Shown here: piece after piece, positions 18,522 through 27,590 of the stretch | Position numbering within the stretch: the first letter of the stretch is position 1 | Layout: the number at the start of each line of letters is the position of its first letter | Source of the DNA: Candidatus Buchananbacteria bacterium | Lineage (GTDB): Bacteria; Patescibacteriota; Patescibacteriia; 2-01-FULL-39-33; JBAYJR01 | NCBI GenBank assembly: GCA_041665005.1 | Contig: JBAYJR010000001.1 | Coordinates: 70,727-131,540 of the forward strand | Length of the DNA: 60,814 nt | Reading direction: 5' to 3' | The notes under the pieces: model-generated | What the model was told of the DNA's origin: nothing | What the model saw: the letters and a program-made list of their open reading frames with translations, nothing else | Databases searched by the model: none | Made by a program: the position numbers and the translations under genes

Positions 18522-19667
18522 ATGAGTATTTTAGATAAAGTGCGCCAAAGCAAATTTTTGGAAGAAATTGGTCAATTTAGCCCAACTCAGACCTTAAATT
18601 CTTTGTTTGCCCGTTTAAATTCTAAGGAACGAGAAGTATTAATTAGGCGTTTTGGCTTGTTTGGTAAGCCCAAAGAAACCCTGGAACAAATTGGGCAGTC
18701 TTTTAATTTGACTCGTGAACGGGTACGGCAGATAGAAAGACTAAGTGTTAAAAAAATTCGGGAGATTGAAGAACTAAAAGGAGAAGTTAGAAAAATAGAA
18801 AAATTAGTGGGACATTTACTGGGGCAGCATGGTGGCTTAATGTCACAGGAGCATTTTTTGGAAAGTTTTTTAGGTTACCTTGAAGAAAGCGAAGAACACG
18901 AGGCTTCCTTGCTTTTTTTGTTGCGTGAGGTTTTAAAGGACAAAGTAGAACAGCTAAAAAGTAATAATTTTTGGAATGACTTATGGAAGTTGAAAGAAGT
19001 AGAAGTTACTTTTGCTGAACAGGTAATCAACGAGTTGATTAGGATTGTTGAACGTAATGCCAAGCCTTTAAAATTTAGTGAGTTGTTAGCTGAACTGCGA
19101 CAGTCGGAATTTTATCAAAATAATAAGTCTCGTTTTTTGGCCTTAAATCCTTTGTTGGATGAGGCGGATTTAGATCAGGAATTAGAAAAGATTATTTTAA
19201 CTAATTTACGGTCTAGCAAAAAAATTAAAAAGAATTTGTTTGGTGAATGGGGTTTGGCCAGCTGGGGCAGCGTCGTGCCCAAGCGGATTAATGATAAAAT
19301 CTATTTAGTGCTAAAACGCGCCGGGGTGCCGTTACATTTTGCTGAAATTGCCCGGTTAATCAATGAGGCTAAGTTTGATGATAAAGTGGCTTATCCGGCG
19401 ACGACTCATAATGAATTAATTTTGGACGAAAAATATGTTTTGGTCGGGCGGGGTATTTACGCTTTACGTGAGTGGGGTTATAATTCTGGTACGGTGTCCG
19501 AAGTAATTGCCGAAATTTTAAGGAAATCCGGCAAACCTTTAAGTCGGCCGCAAATTATGGTAGAGGTTTTAAAACAACGTCAGGTTAAGCCAACCACAGT
19601 TTATTTAGCGTTAATGAATAAGAAAATTTTTAAAAAAGTAAACAGTAGTGAGTTTGCTTTAGTTTAA
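18522..19667 (+). CDS. protein with N-terminal sigma70 region-4 HTH and C-terminal winged-HTH (RNAP delta/HARE-HTH-like) domains
   Basis: KEREVLIRRFGL...ETLEQIGQSFNLTRERVRQIE; C-terminal YLVLKRAGVPLHFAEIA and AEILRKSGKPLSRPQI. Confidence 0.75.
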   Translation: MSILDKVRQSKFLEEIGQFSPTQTLNSLFARLNSKEREVLIRRFGLFGKPKETLEQIGQSFNLTRERVRQIERLSVKKIREIEELKGEVRKIEKLVGHLLGQHGGLMSQEHFLESFLGYLEESEEHEASLLFLLREVLKDKVEQLKSNNFWNDLWKLKEVEVTFAEQVINELIRIVERNAKPLKFSELLAELRQSEFYQNNKSRFLALNPLLDEADLDQELEKIILTNLRSSKKIKKNLFGEWGLASWGSVVPKRINDKIYLVLKRAGVPLHFAEIARLINEAKFDDKVAYPATTHNELILDEKYVLVGRGIYALREWGYNSGTVSEVIAEILRKSGKPLSRPQIMVEVLKQRQVKPTTVYLALMNKKIFKKVNSSEFALV

Positions 19668-19677
19668 TAATTTTTCT

Positions 19678-20994
19678 ATGGGGGATTTTATTGCTCAAAT
19701 TTTAGCCCAAGGCTCCAGTCCGCTTAATGCTGTCTGGTTAATTTTTTTGTATGGCGGTTGGCTAATTATTTTAATCGCCATTGCTTATGGTATTTATCAA
19801 ATTTGGTTATTTAATAAGCAAGGTGCCTACGCGGCTAGTGTTAGTTATTTAACCTTAGCCATTGACGTGCCTAAACAAAATGAACAAAGTCCTAAAGCCG
19901 TGGAACAAATTTTTGCGCATTTATCCGGTGCGCATAAACCACCTGATTGGTATGAAAAGTATTTTTTAGGAATGTTTCAGTTGGCTTATTCTTTTGAACT
20001 AATTAGTATTAATGGTAAGATTCAATTTATTGTGCGAACGCCAGCCGATTATCATGATTTAGTCGAAGCGGCGGTATATGCGCAATATCCTGATGCGGTT
20101 ATTTCTGAAGTTAATGACTATGCTAAAGATAATTTTTTTAAAGTGCCAAACCCCGAAATGGATTTGTGGGGAACGGAATTTGCCATTTATAATAAAGATT
20201 ATTTTCCCATTCGGACTTATCCGGAATTTGAACATATTTTGTCTGGCGAACTTAAAGATCCGTTAACGCCAATGTTGGAAACTTTAGGCGGTTTAAAAAA
20301 CGGTGAGCAAGTCTGGATGCAGTTAATTTTAACGCCGACTGGTAATGATTGGCAAAAAAAAGGTTTGGAGGCAATGAATAAATTATCAGGCATTAAAGTA
20401 GCGCCGAAAAAAAGCAAATTAGCTAAAAATTTTGGTTTAATTGGTGGAGAAATTAATAGTTTATATAATGAAACGGTTAAGCAGGCCTTAAGTGGTTTTG
20501 GCGAGAGCAGTGCGCCAGCCAGTAAAAGCAAATCAGATGAAGCGGGTATGAAGCTATTGGCGCCACACGAACGTTCGGCGGTGGAAGCGATTCAACGAAA
20601 AATTAGTAAAATTGGTTACTCGGTTAAGTGGCGGGTGATTTATCTGGGTAAGAAAGAAATTTTTTCAGCCGCCCGGGTAATTACGCCTTTGGTGGGGGCA
20701 ATTAAACAATTTAATTCCAGCGAGTTTAATGGTTTTGCTCCACAAAATGCTAAATATGGTATTAAGGTTGGTCATCATCCTTGGGCTAAAAAAATTAAAG
20801 TGAAAAAGCAAAATAAGATAATGCGCGCTTATCGCGATCGCGATCGGGAAATTGGCCATCCGGGCTTTATTTTAAACACCGAAGAATTAGCGACGATTTG
20901 GCATTTTCCGGCTATTTTGGTTAAGGCACCCCAAGTCTCTAAATCCGAAGCCAAGCATGCCGAACCTCCTTCTTCTTTGCCGCTTGGTCGTTAA
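19678..20994 (+). CDS. membrane-anchored hypothetical protein, partner of the downstream ATPase
   Basis: N-terminal TM; AVEQIFAHL, SFELIS, AQYPDA, LNTEELATIWHFP pattern recalled from CPR proteins. Confidence 0.7.
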   Translation: MGDFIAQILAQGSSPLNAVWLIFLYGGWLIILIAIAYGIYQIWLFNKQGAYAASVSYLTLAIDVPKQNEQSPKAVEQIFAHLSGAHKPPDWYEKYFLGMFQLAYSFELISINGKIQFIVRTPADYHDLVEAAVYAQYPDAVISEVNDYAKDNFFKVPNPEMDLWGTEFAIYNKDYFPIRTYPEFEHILSGELKDPLTPMLETLGGLKNGEQVWMQLILTPTGNDWQKKGLEAMNKLSGIKVAPKKSKLAKNFGLIGGEINSLYNETVKQALSGFGESSAPASKSKSDEAGMKLLAPHERSAVEAIQRKISKIGYSVKWRVIYLGKKEIFSAARVITPLVGAIKQFNSSEFNGFAPQNAKYGIKVGHHPWAKKIKVKKQNKIMRAYRDRDREIGHPGFILNTEELATIWHFPAILVKAPQVSKSEAKHAEPPSSLPLGR

Positions 20995-21024
20995 TTAAAT
21001 ATTTGTTAAAATATAAACAAAAAC

Positions 21025-22830
21025 ATGACTGAAGAAATAGATCCAAAAATAACTACGGAAGCAACCGAGCGTTATCAACCAAAAGAAGATGACGTAACAG
21101 TTTTTGCGGAAACAAATTTTCGTAACCGTAAGGTAAAATTTGGCATTAAACGTCGCGACCGTCGCCAGCACATGTACGTAATTGGTAAAAGCGGTGTGGG
21201 TAAATCAACCATGTTAGAAAACATGATTGTTTCGGATATTATGCGCGGTGAAGGCGTAGCGGTGGTGGATCCGCACGGCGATTTGGCCGAAAAAATTATG
21301 CAATACATCCCATCTTGGCGGATTAATGACGTAGCCTATTTTAATCCCGCTGATTTGTCGTTTCCGGTGGCGTTTAATCCTTTAGAAAGCGTGGATGAAG
21401 CCCAAAAACATTTAGTGGCCTCGGGAGTGGTGGGAGTTTTTAAAAAAATCTTTGCGGAAAGTTGGGGCCCTCGTTTGGAATATTTATTGCGCAATGCTAT
21501 TTTAGCTTTATTAGATTACCCCGGTTCTACCTTGTTAGGGATTATGCGTATTTTAGTAGACAAAGGTTATCGAGCTAAAGTTTTAGAAAAAGTTAAAGAT
21601 CCGGTGGTTAAATCATTTTGGGTGGATGAATATGCTAAATATCCCGATCGTTTTCAGGTGGAGGCGGTAGCGCCAATTCAAAATAAAGTGGGTCAGTTTT
21701 TATCTAATTTTTTAATCCGTAATATTGTCGGTCAGGTTAAATCCACCATTGATATGCGGGATATTATGGATAACCGTAAAATTTTGGTGATTAATTTGGC
21801 CAAAGGCCGGATTGGCGAAGACACCACGGCGATGTTAGGGGCAATGTTGGTTACTAAAATTCAAATTGCGGCCATGGAGCGTATTCAAATCCCCGAAAAA
21901 GAACGCAAGGATTTTTATTTATATGTTGATGAATTTCAAAATTTTGCTACGGATAGTTTTGCCACGATTTTATCCGAAGCGCGTAAGTACCGTTTAAATT
22001 TAATAATCGCTCATCAATACATTGAACAGTTAAAAGAAGAAGTTTATTCGGCGGTTTTTGGTAATGTTGGCACTTTGGTTTGTTTTCGGGTGGGTCCAGC
22101 GGATGCGGAAAAATTAATCACGGAATTTTCGCCAATTTTTATTGAAGAGGATTTAGTTAATTTAACTAAGTATGATATTTATTTAAGATTGCTAATTGAC
22201 GGGGTGGCCTCAGACCCTTTTTCGGCGACCACTTTGCCACCGTTGAGTGATGATTTAAAAGCGGGTAATCTTGATAAAATAATTAAAATTTCGCGTGAAC
22301 GTTATGCTGTCCCGCGAGAAGTAATTGAAGAAAAGATTTCGCGTTGGACTAGTATTAAAGATGAAACTTCAGTCAGCCGGCCGGCTAACGCTAGTTACAG
22401 TAAAGAATCAAATTTTAATCAAAAAGCTAAAGCGGCGGTAGCGGGAGTTGGTAGTGATTCAGAAATTAAGACCGCGTTTAAAACAGTTTGTAGTTTGTGC
22501 GGTAAAGAAACCGAGGTTTATTTTGCACCGGATGGAGTGAGACCGGTTTATTGTAAGGATTGTTTAAAAAAGACCCGTGAAGAAAAAATTGCCAAAGCCA
22601 AACTGCCGACGGCTAGCGATCGACCAAGGGTTGGACCAGCCTCGCCCAAGGCAATTAGTTTAAACGAGGCCGTCCAAAAACCGCCAGTTAATTTTGCGCC
22701 CAGTCAGCCCGAACCAGCAGTTAAAGCTCAACCATTAACAGCACCAGAGATTATTAAGGAGCAGTCAGTTGATGATAATTTTACAGCGAAAGCAAAAAAA
22801 ATAGTTTCCGGTCAAACCGTTAAGTTTTAA
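21025..22830 (+). CDS. VirD4/TraD/HerA-like coupling ATPase with C-terminal CxxC-x17-CxxC domain
   Basis: Walker A GKSGVGKS, DPHGD, Walker B LYVDEFQN, ILSEARKY; CSLCGKETEVYFAPDGVRPVYCKDC. Confidence 0.88.
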   Translation: MTEEIDPKITTEATERYQPKEDDVTVFAETNFRNRKVKFGIKRRDRRQHMYVIGKSGVGKSTMLENMIVSDIMRGEGVAVVDPHGDLAEKIMQYIPSWRINDVAYFNPADLSFPVAFNPLESVDEAQKHLVASGVVGVFKKIFAESWGPRLEYLLRNAILALLDYPGSTLLGIMRILVDKGYRAKVLEKVKDPVVKSFWVDEYAKYPDRFQVEAVAPIQNKVGQFLSNFLIRNIVGQVKSTIDMRDIMDNRKILVINLAKGRIGEDTTAMLGAMLVTKIQIAAMERIQIPEKERKDFYLYVDEFQNFATDSFATILSEARKYRLNLIIAHQYIEQLKEEVYSAVFGNVGTLVCFRVGPADAEKLITEFSPIFIEEDLVNLTKYDIYLRLLIDGVASDPFSATTLPPLSDDLKAGNLDKIIKISRERYAVPREVIEEKISRWTSIKDETSVSRPANASYSKESNFNQKAKAAVAGVGSDSEIKTAFKTVCSLCGKETEVYFAPDGVRPVYCKDCLKKTREEKIAKAKLPTASDRPRVGPASPKAISLNEAVQKPPVNFAPSQPEPAVKAQPLTAPEIIKEQSVDDNFTAKAKKIVSGQTVKF

Positions 22831-22859
22831 AAATTTTTAGATAAAGGGGGTATCGTACC

Positions 22860-23408
22860 TTGAAAAAATTATTTTTGAGTTTGGTTTTTTTATTAGTTTA
22901 TTTGCCGGTTTTGGCTACTAGCGATTCCGGCGATTGGTCAACTTTTGGCCAAGATTCTGTGGTTAGTCAGCTAGCAGCGGCTTCCACTAAGACTATTATT
23001 GTTTTAGTGGATTCCCAGGTGTATTATTGTCTGGAAAGTGCGGTGGTGGTAAGATCCGGCAAGGTTTCCACTGGCAAAAAGGGGATGCCAACGCCAGTCG
23101 GCCAGTATAAAATTGGTTATAAAGTGCCTAAAAAAAAGTATATTGATAAACAAACTGGGGAAAGCTGTTGGCTAACCAGTTTTATGCCGTTCTACGGTAG
23201 TTATGCCATTCATGGCATTAAAGGTACAACTGGCCAATATGCGGCTTATGAAAAATTTTTAGGTCGACCGGCCAGCCACGGTTGTGTGCGGGTTTCGCAA
23301 CTTGACGCCGACTGGCTGTATGGTTGGGCAGAAAAAAATACCACGGTCAGTATTATTCAGCTAAAAAACTATTCTTTCGTCACTTCAAAAGTGACTGGTC
23401 AAAATTAA
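22860..23408 (+). CDS. L,D-transpeptidase (YkuD family)
   Basis: VSTGK...TPVG, YAIHG, SHGCVRV; signal peptide. Confidence 0.92.
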   Translation: MKKLFLSLVFLLVYLPVLATSDSGDWSTFGQDSVVSQLAAASTKTIIVLVDSQVYYCLESAVVVRSGKVSTGKKGMPTPVGQYKIGYKVPKKKYIDKQTGESCWLTSFMPFYGSYAIHGIKGTTGQYAAYEKFLGRPASHGCVRVSQLDADWLYGWAEKNTTVSIIQLKNYSFVTSKVTGQN

Positions 23409-23483
23409 TTAGGCTTTATCAGTCACCAAAGTAAAATTGGTGGCTTTTTTTTAGCTTTTTTGCTAAGATATAATCAATTATTT

Positions 23484-24113
23484 ATGAAAATTATTATTGA
23501 ACTAATAGTAGTTTGGATTATTAATTTGATTTCTAAACTGGGTTTAGGGGGGATTGTTTTATTAATGGGTTTGGAATCTGCCAATATTCCTATCCCCAGC
23601 GAAGTGATTTTACCTTTTGCAGGATTTTTGGTCTGGCAAGGTAAAATGAATTTTCATTTAGCGGCTTTGGCTGGAGCCTTGGGTTGTTTGGGTGGTTCAA
23701 TTTTTTCTTATTATTTAGGAGTTTATTTAGGTCGACCTTTGACTGTTAAATATGGTAAATATTTTTTAATTTCAGAAGAGGATTTGAATTTAGCGGATCG
23801 GTGGATTGCTAAATATGGCGATGCGGTTTTTTTCTTTTCGCGGTTGTTGCCGGTGGTGCGGACTTTTATTTCTTTGGGCGGTGGTATTACTAAGGCTCGG
23901 TTTTGGCATTTTTCATTTTATACTTTTATTGGTTCTTGGTTGTGGAGTTATCTCTTAATTTATTTGGGAGTTAGATTGGGTGAACATTGGATAGAAATTA
24001 GGGTAGTTTGGGAAAAATTTGATTTTTTGATTATTGGTTTGGGGATTATTTTAGTAGTCTGGTATATTCGGCGGCATGTTAAAAAAATAAATAAAAATTC
24101 GGTTGTAAGCTGA
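23484..24113 (+). CDS. DedA family membrane protein
   Basis: LESANIPIPSEVILPFAG, SRLLPVVRTFIS; start at ATG 23484. Confidence 0.93.
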   Translation: MKIIIELIVVWIINLISKLGLGGIVLLMGLESANIPIPSEVILPFAGFLVWQGKMNFHLAALAGALGCLGGSIFSYYLGVYLGRPLTVKYGKYFLISEEDLNLADRWIAKYGDAVFFFSRLLPVVRTFISLGGGITKARFWHFSFYTFIGSWLWSYLLIYLGVRLGEHWIEIRVVWEKFDFLIIGLGIILVVWYIRRHVKKINKNSVVS

Positions 24114-24126
24114 TTTAATAATTTGT

Positions 24127-25185
24127 ATGTCTAAAAATTGCGCTGAGTTAACTTTTAAACTAGCCTCCCTCAAACAACTTAAACAACAGTTTGATTTAGA
24201 ATTATCTAGTCTACCTAAAACAGGCAAGACAGAGGATTTAGCTTTAGTCAGAGAAGCTAAAGTCAAATTAAATCAAACCCTCCAAGACCTCCAAAATGAA
24301 TTATGGCTAGAAACTCCCGAATTAACACGAGAAAACCTTAAAGCCCAATATGAATTCCAAGCAGACCTCCTCCGTAAAAGCAACCTCCTAAAAACCCTCT
24401 CCACTGGTGAATTAGGTATTGAAGCAATCGATAACAAAGAATACCCCATACCCACCCTAGAACAGATTGAAGAAATAATGCTAGAAAAAAGAGATTTCTT
24501 CGAAACCAAAATAAAACAAGGCTTTGTTAAATTAGTCATCGTTCCCTTTGGCTTACCAATTAAATCCCTAATAGAGGCTTATGACAATGCCCTAATGGAA
24601 CATCACCGGCAAGGCAAACTCTTTAATACCCAAAATCAACCCTTAGGGCTTAATAAAAAGATTGGCACAAAGTATATTTTTGATTATGTTAATTTTGTAA
24701 AGGCCGAAGCCACAGGAGACTTAGTATATTTCCCCAAAGAATTCTCCGATAACCACCAAGGTAAAACCAAGCAAGAACTTTTGCCCACCCAAGCTTGGCA
24801 AGTCCTACTACTTGAAGACTTGCCCGATATTCCAGATAAAGGCAAGGGCAAAACCGTTAATGGTCGTAAGCAACCAGAAGCTAACCAATCACCCAACGAT
24901 TATCTTAAACAACTCCAAACCGACCAGTATAAAGGTGAACGAGGCTTAACCCCAGAATCCTGGCTAGTTTATGGCTTAAGTCACTTAGAACAAACCGATC
25001 AAGTGATTGATGACTGGGAGGGTTCGGGCAAGGGTTGCTGGTTAATTGATAGTTTTTCTAAAGAAACTGGCCGCGTGCCGAACGCCAGTTTCTACCGTGG
25101 CAGTTTACATGTCAGCTTGAGTCGGGGTATTCCGGGCGACCCTGATTCCTACGGTGCCAGCCGTTTTGCAGTAAGTATTTCTTGA
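24127..25185 (+). CDS. hypothetical protein with DGR-target-like (CLec-type) variable C-terminus
   Basis: Ends VPNASFYRGSLHVSLSRGIPGDPDSYGASRFAVSIS; N-terminal ~50 aa shared with the next ORF. Confidence 0.6.
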   Translation: MSKNCAELTFKLASLKQLKQQFDLELSSLPKTGKTEDLALVREAKVKLNQTLQDLQNELWLETPELTRENLKAQYEFQADLLRKSNLLKTLSTGELGIEAIDNKEYPIPTLEQIEEIMLEKRDFFETKIKQGFVKLVIVPFGLPIKSLIEAYDNALMEHHRQGKLFNTQNQPLGLNKKIGTKYIFDYVNFVKAEATGDLVYFPKEFSDNHQGKTKQELLPTQAWQVLLLEDLPDIPDKGKGKTVNGRKQPEANQSPNDYLKQLQTDQYKGERGLTPESWLVYGLSHLEQTDQVIDDWEGSGKGCWLIDSFSKETGRVPNASFYRGSLHVSLSRGIPGDPDSYGASRFAVSIS

Positions 25186-25266
25186 TCTTTGGTTTTTATT
25201 TTTTAATCACTTTATGTTTAAATCTTGCGTTGAATTAAAATCCGAACTAGCCTCCCTCAAACAACT
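24158..25266 (+). repeat. 22-bp exact direct repeat pair in the 5' ends of two adjacent ORFs
   Basis: AACTAGCCTCCCTCAAACAACT at 24158-24179 and 25245-25266. Confidence 0.95.
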
Positions 25267-26617
25267 CAAAGCAGAGTTTGATTTGGAATTGAGTAAAGTA
25301 AAAAGCTCAGACTCTAAAAAGTCTGATGATTTGGTTTTGGTTAGAGCAGCTAAGGCAAAACTAAAACAAGCCTTAATGATTCGGGAATTTACAGGGGTGT
25401 TCTTAGAAGAAGCTTATGGAGAATATGGTGAGCGTTGTGTGGAGTTGCTAAATGAGGCATTAAAACAAGGAGTAGATAAAGATTCTATCGCTAATGAATT
25501 AAAGCATTTAGATTCTCGGTCCGCCTATGACTTAAGAGATGAATTATTAGATCTGGAAGCAGACGTGATAAATTTAGCCCGTGGTTTAAAAGGATTAGAT
25601 TCTCCCGCCGCTTGGGATTATCGGAAGAAATTAATAACTTCTTGGAATGATTCAGAAAAGTGGACTAATTTGGCAGTTAGTTTAAATGGTTTAGATTCTC
25701 GGCTGGCCTGGAATGCTAGGACAGAAATCTTAAAAAAGATCGGGGCTGATTTTTTTCTGATTCACAGCTTAGAGGGGCTTGATTCTTCGGCGGCTTGGGC
25801 TTTTCGGCAAAGATTAGTAGAGCAAAAAGTGGACAAGGATTATTTGGTAGATACTCTAACTGGTTTGGATTCTCGGTTGGCCTGGCTGTGGCGGGAAAAA
25901 TTATTAGCTGAAGGGGCAATCAAATCCAGACTAGCTTACAGTCTTGATGGTTTAAATTCCCCGCCGGCTTGGGAGTTTAGAGAAAAATTGCTTGGCTTAG
26001 GGTTGAGTCATGGTGATTTTGTTCGAACCTTAACGGGTTTAGATTCTGATCAGGCTTGGGAATGGCGAGAAAAATTTTTTAATGAGAATATAAATAAGAA
26101 CATACCAGTTGATGTTTGGGCTGATTTGGCCAGCAGTCTAACTGGTCTAGATTCGCCAAAGTCCTGGGAGTTTAGGAATAAATTATGGGATCCGGCCTGG
26201 CTTGGTCTGTCATCACAAAATCGATTGCAATCTTTTATCTTTAGCAGTTTAGCAAATAGCCTAAAGGATTTGGATTCCCCGCTAGCCTGGGAGTTTAGAG
26301 AAAAGTTATTTGCCAAAATAGCCTCGTCAGACAAGGCGACACGAAAGGTTATGCAACTGGATTTTGATTTGCTTATTTATAGCTTGGTCGGATTGAATTC
26401 TAAACGCGCTTGGGATTTTAGAGAAAACTTTTTTATTTTAGGAGACTACCCCAAGGAGCTAGCGGAGAGTTTGGCTGGTTTGGGTTCTGAACAAGCTTGG
26501 GAGTTTCGGAAAAAACTATCAGCCGCTGGAGCGCCTAAAGCGGTTATGATCAAAGGTTTACTGGTTGATTTTAAAACTTTTGTTAAATATAATAATAAAA
26601 CCGAGCAACCTATTTAA
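25214..26617 (+). CDS. tandem-repeat alpha-solenoid protein (11 repeats)
   Basis: 11 copies of L-x-x-S-L-x-G-L-D-S-x-x-A-W-x-x-R. Confidence 0.8.
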   Translation: MFKSCVELKSELASLKQLKAEFDLELSKVKSSDSKKSDDLVLVRAAKAKLKQALMIREFTGVFLEEAYGEYGERCVELLNEALKQGVDKDSIANELKHLDSRSAYDLRDELLDLEADVINLARGLKGLDSPAAWDYRKKLITSWNDSEKWTNLAVSLNGLDSRLAWNARTEILKKIGADFFLIHSLEGLDSSAAWAFRQRLVEQKVDKDYLVDTLTGLDSRLAWLWREKLLAEGAIKSRLAYSLDGLNSPPAWEFREKLLGLGLSHGDFVRTLTGLDSDQAWEWREKFFNENINKNIPVDVWADLASSLTGLDSPKSWEFRNKLWDPAWLGLSSQNRLQSFIFSSLANSLKDLDSPLAWEFREKLFAKIASSDKATRKVMQLDFDLLIYSLVGLNSKRAWDFRENFFILGDYPKELAESLAGLGSEQAWEFRKKLSAAGAPKAVMIKGLLVDFKTFVKYNNKTEQPI

Positions 26618-26670
26618 GTAGTAGATAATTTGATTTAAACAAAAACTTAAATTAGTGCTATAATTAAGTT

Positions 26671-27447
26671 ATGCAAATCAAAGTCAAAGCCTATGATATT
26701 GCCCGGAGCGCTGATTTAGGCGCCTTACGAGCAATAAAATTTGGTAAATTAGTTAATGATAGCCCGGTAATTTTTCAGACTAAAGAAAAGTTTTTGGTAA
26801 TTTTTGATTATGGCGTGGCCGTCTTTTTTAATTATGAGCGGGCAGAAATTGTCCGGGCAATTAATGTAATTCGTCAGCACGTAGTTGGTTATAAGAGTAG
26901 TTATGCCAAGGATGATTTTGTAATCGTCGTAGGTAAGCCTTCTTTGCCTAGTTCGCAAGAAGCTTTGGGGGTTAAGGATTTAACTTTAGACGAAATTAAG
27001 CTGGTTAGTATTGTACTGTCACGTTCAGTGGCCTTGGAATATTATGAAAATTTAATCGATGATTTATTAGAAAAATTAGCGCCCATTGTGGAGCGTTTGT
27101 CTAAAAAAGGTAACACTAGAAGAACTACGCGTTCTTTGCGCAAACAAATCGGTTTAGCTTTGGCGGTGCAACACGAATTAGCTTATAATTTAGAAATTTT
27201 GGATGATCCGGATGTGGTCTGGTCGAGTGGGCAAAAAGTAGACGAATTATTTCACGAACTCGCTGGTGCTTTTGATTTAGCTCAACGAGTACAGATTTTA
27301 GAAAAAAAACTTAAAATAATTTCTGACGCCAATAATTTTTTAATTGATCAAGTGCAAATTAGGCAGGCGCATACTTTGGAATGGATTGTTATTTTATTAA
27401 TTGCTTTTGAAATAGTTTGGGCGCTGTGGCAGCAGTTTTTGGTTTAA
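26671..27447 (+). CDS. RMD1/DUF155 family protein
   Basis: VIFDYGVAVFFN, VLSRSVALEYYE, ILDDPDVVW, RVQILEKKL, LEWIVILLIAFEI. Confidence 0.85.
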   Translation: MQIKVKAYDIARSADLGALRAIKFGKLVNDSPVIFQTKEKFLVIFDYGVAVFFNYERAEIVRAINVIRQHVVGYKSSYAKDDFVIVVGKPSLPSSQEALGVKDLTLDEIKLVSIVLSRSVALEYYENLIDDLLEKLAPIVERLSKKGNTRRTTRSLRKQIGLALAVQHELAYNLEILDDPDVVWSSGQKVDELFHELAGAFDLAQRVQILEKKLKIISDANNFLIDQVQIRQAHTLEWIVILLIAFEIVWALWQQFLV

Positions 27448-27590
27448 GATTTTTTAAACTTGAGTAGGTTTATTGGTAGTGAAATCAAAATTCGCTACTT
27501 TTTTGTTGATAAGTAAAAACTTGAAAAACCAGGCTTAAACTTGTAGAATAAGTTAGTCGTTGATTTATAAATTAAGTAATCATAAGCAAG

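Noticed and set aside
19678-22830. Conjugative element
   Set aside because: No relaxase, VirB4 or mating-pair genes, and composition matches the host chromosome.
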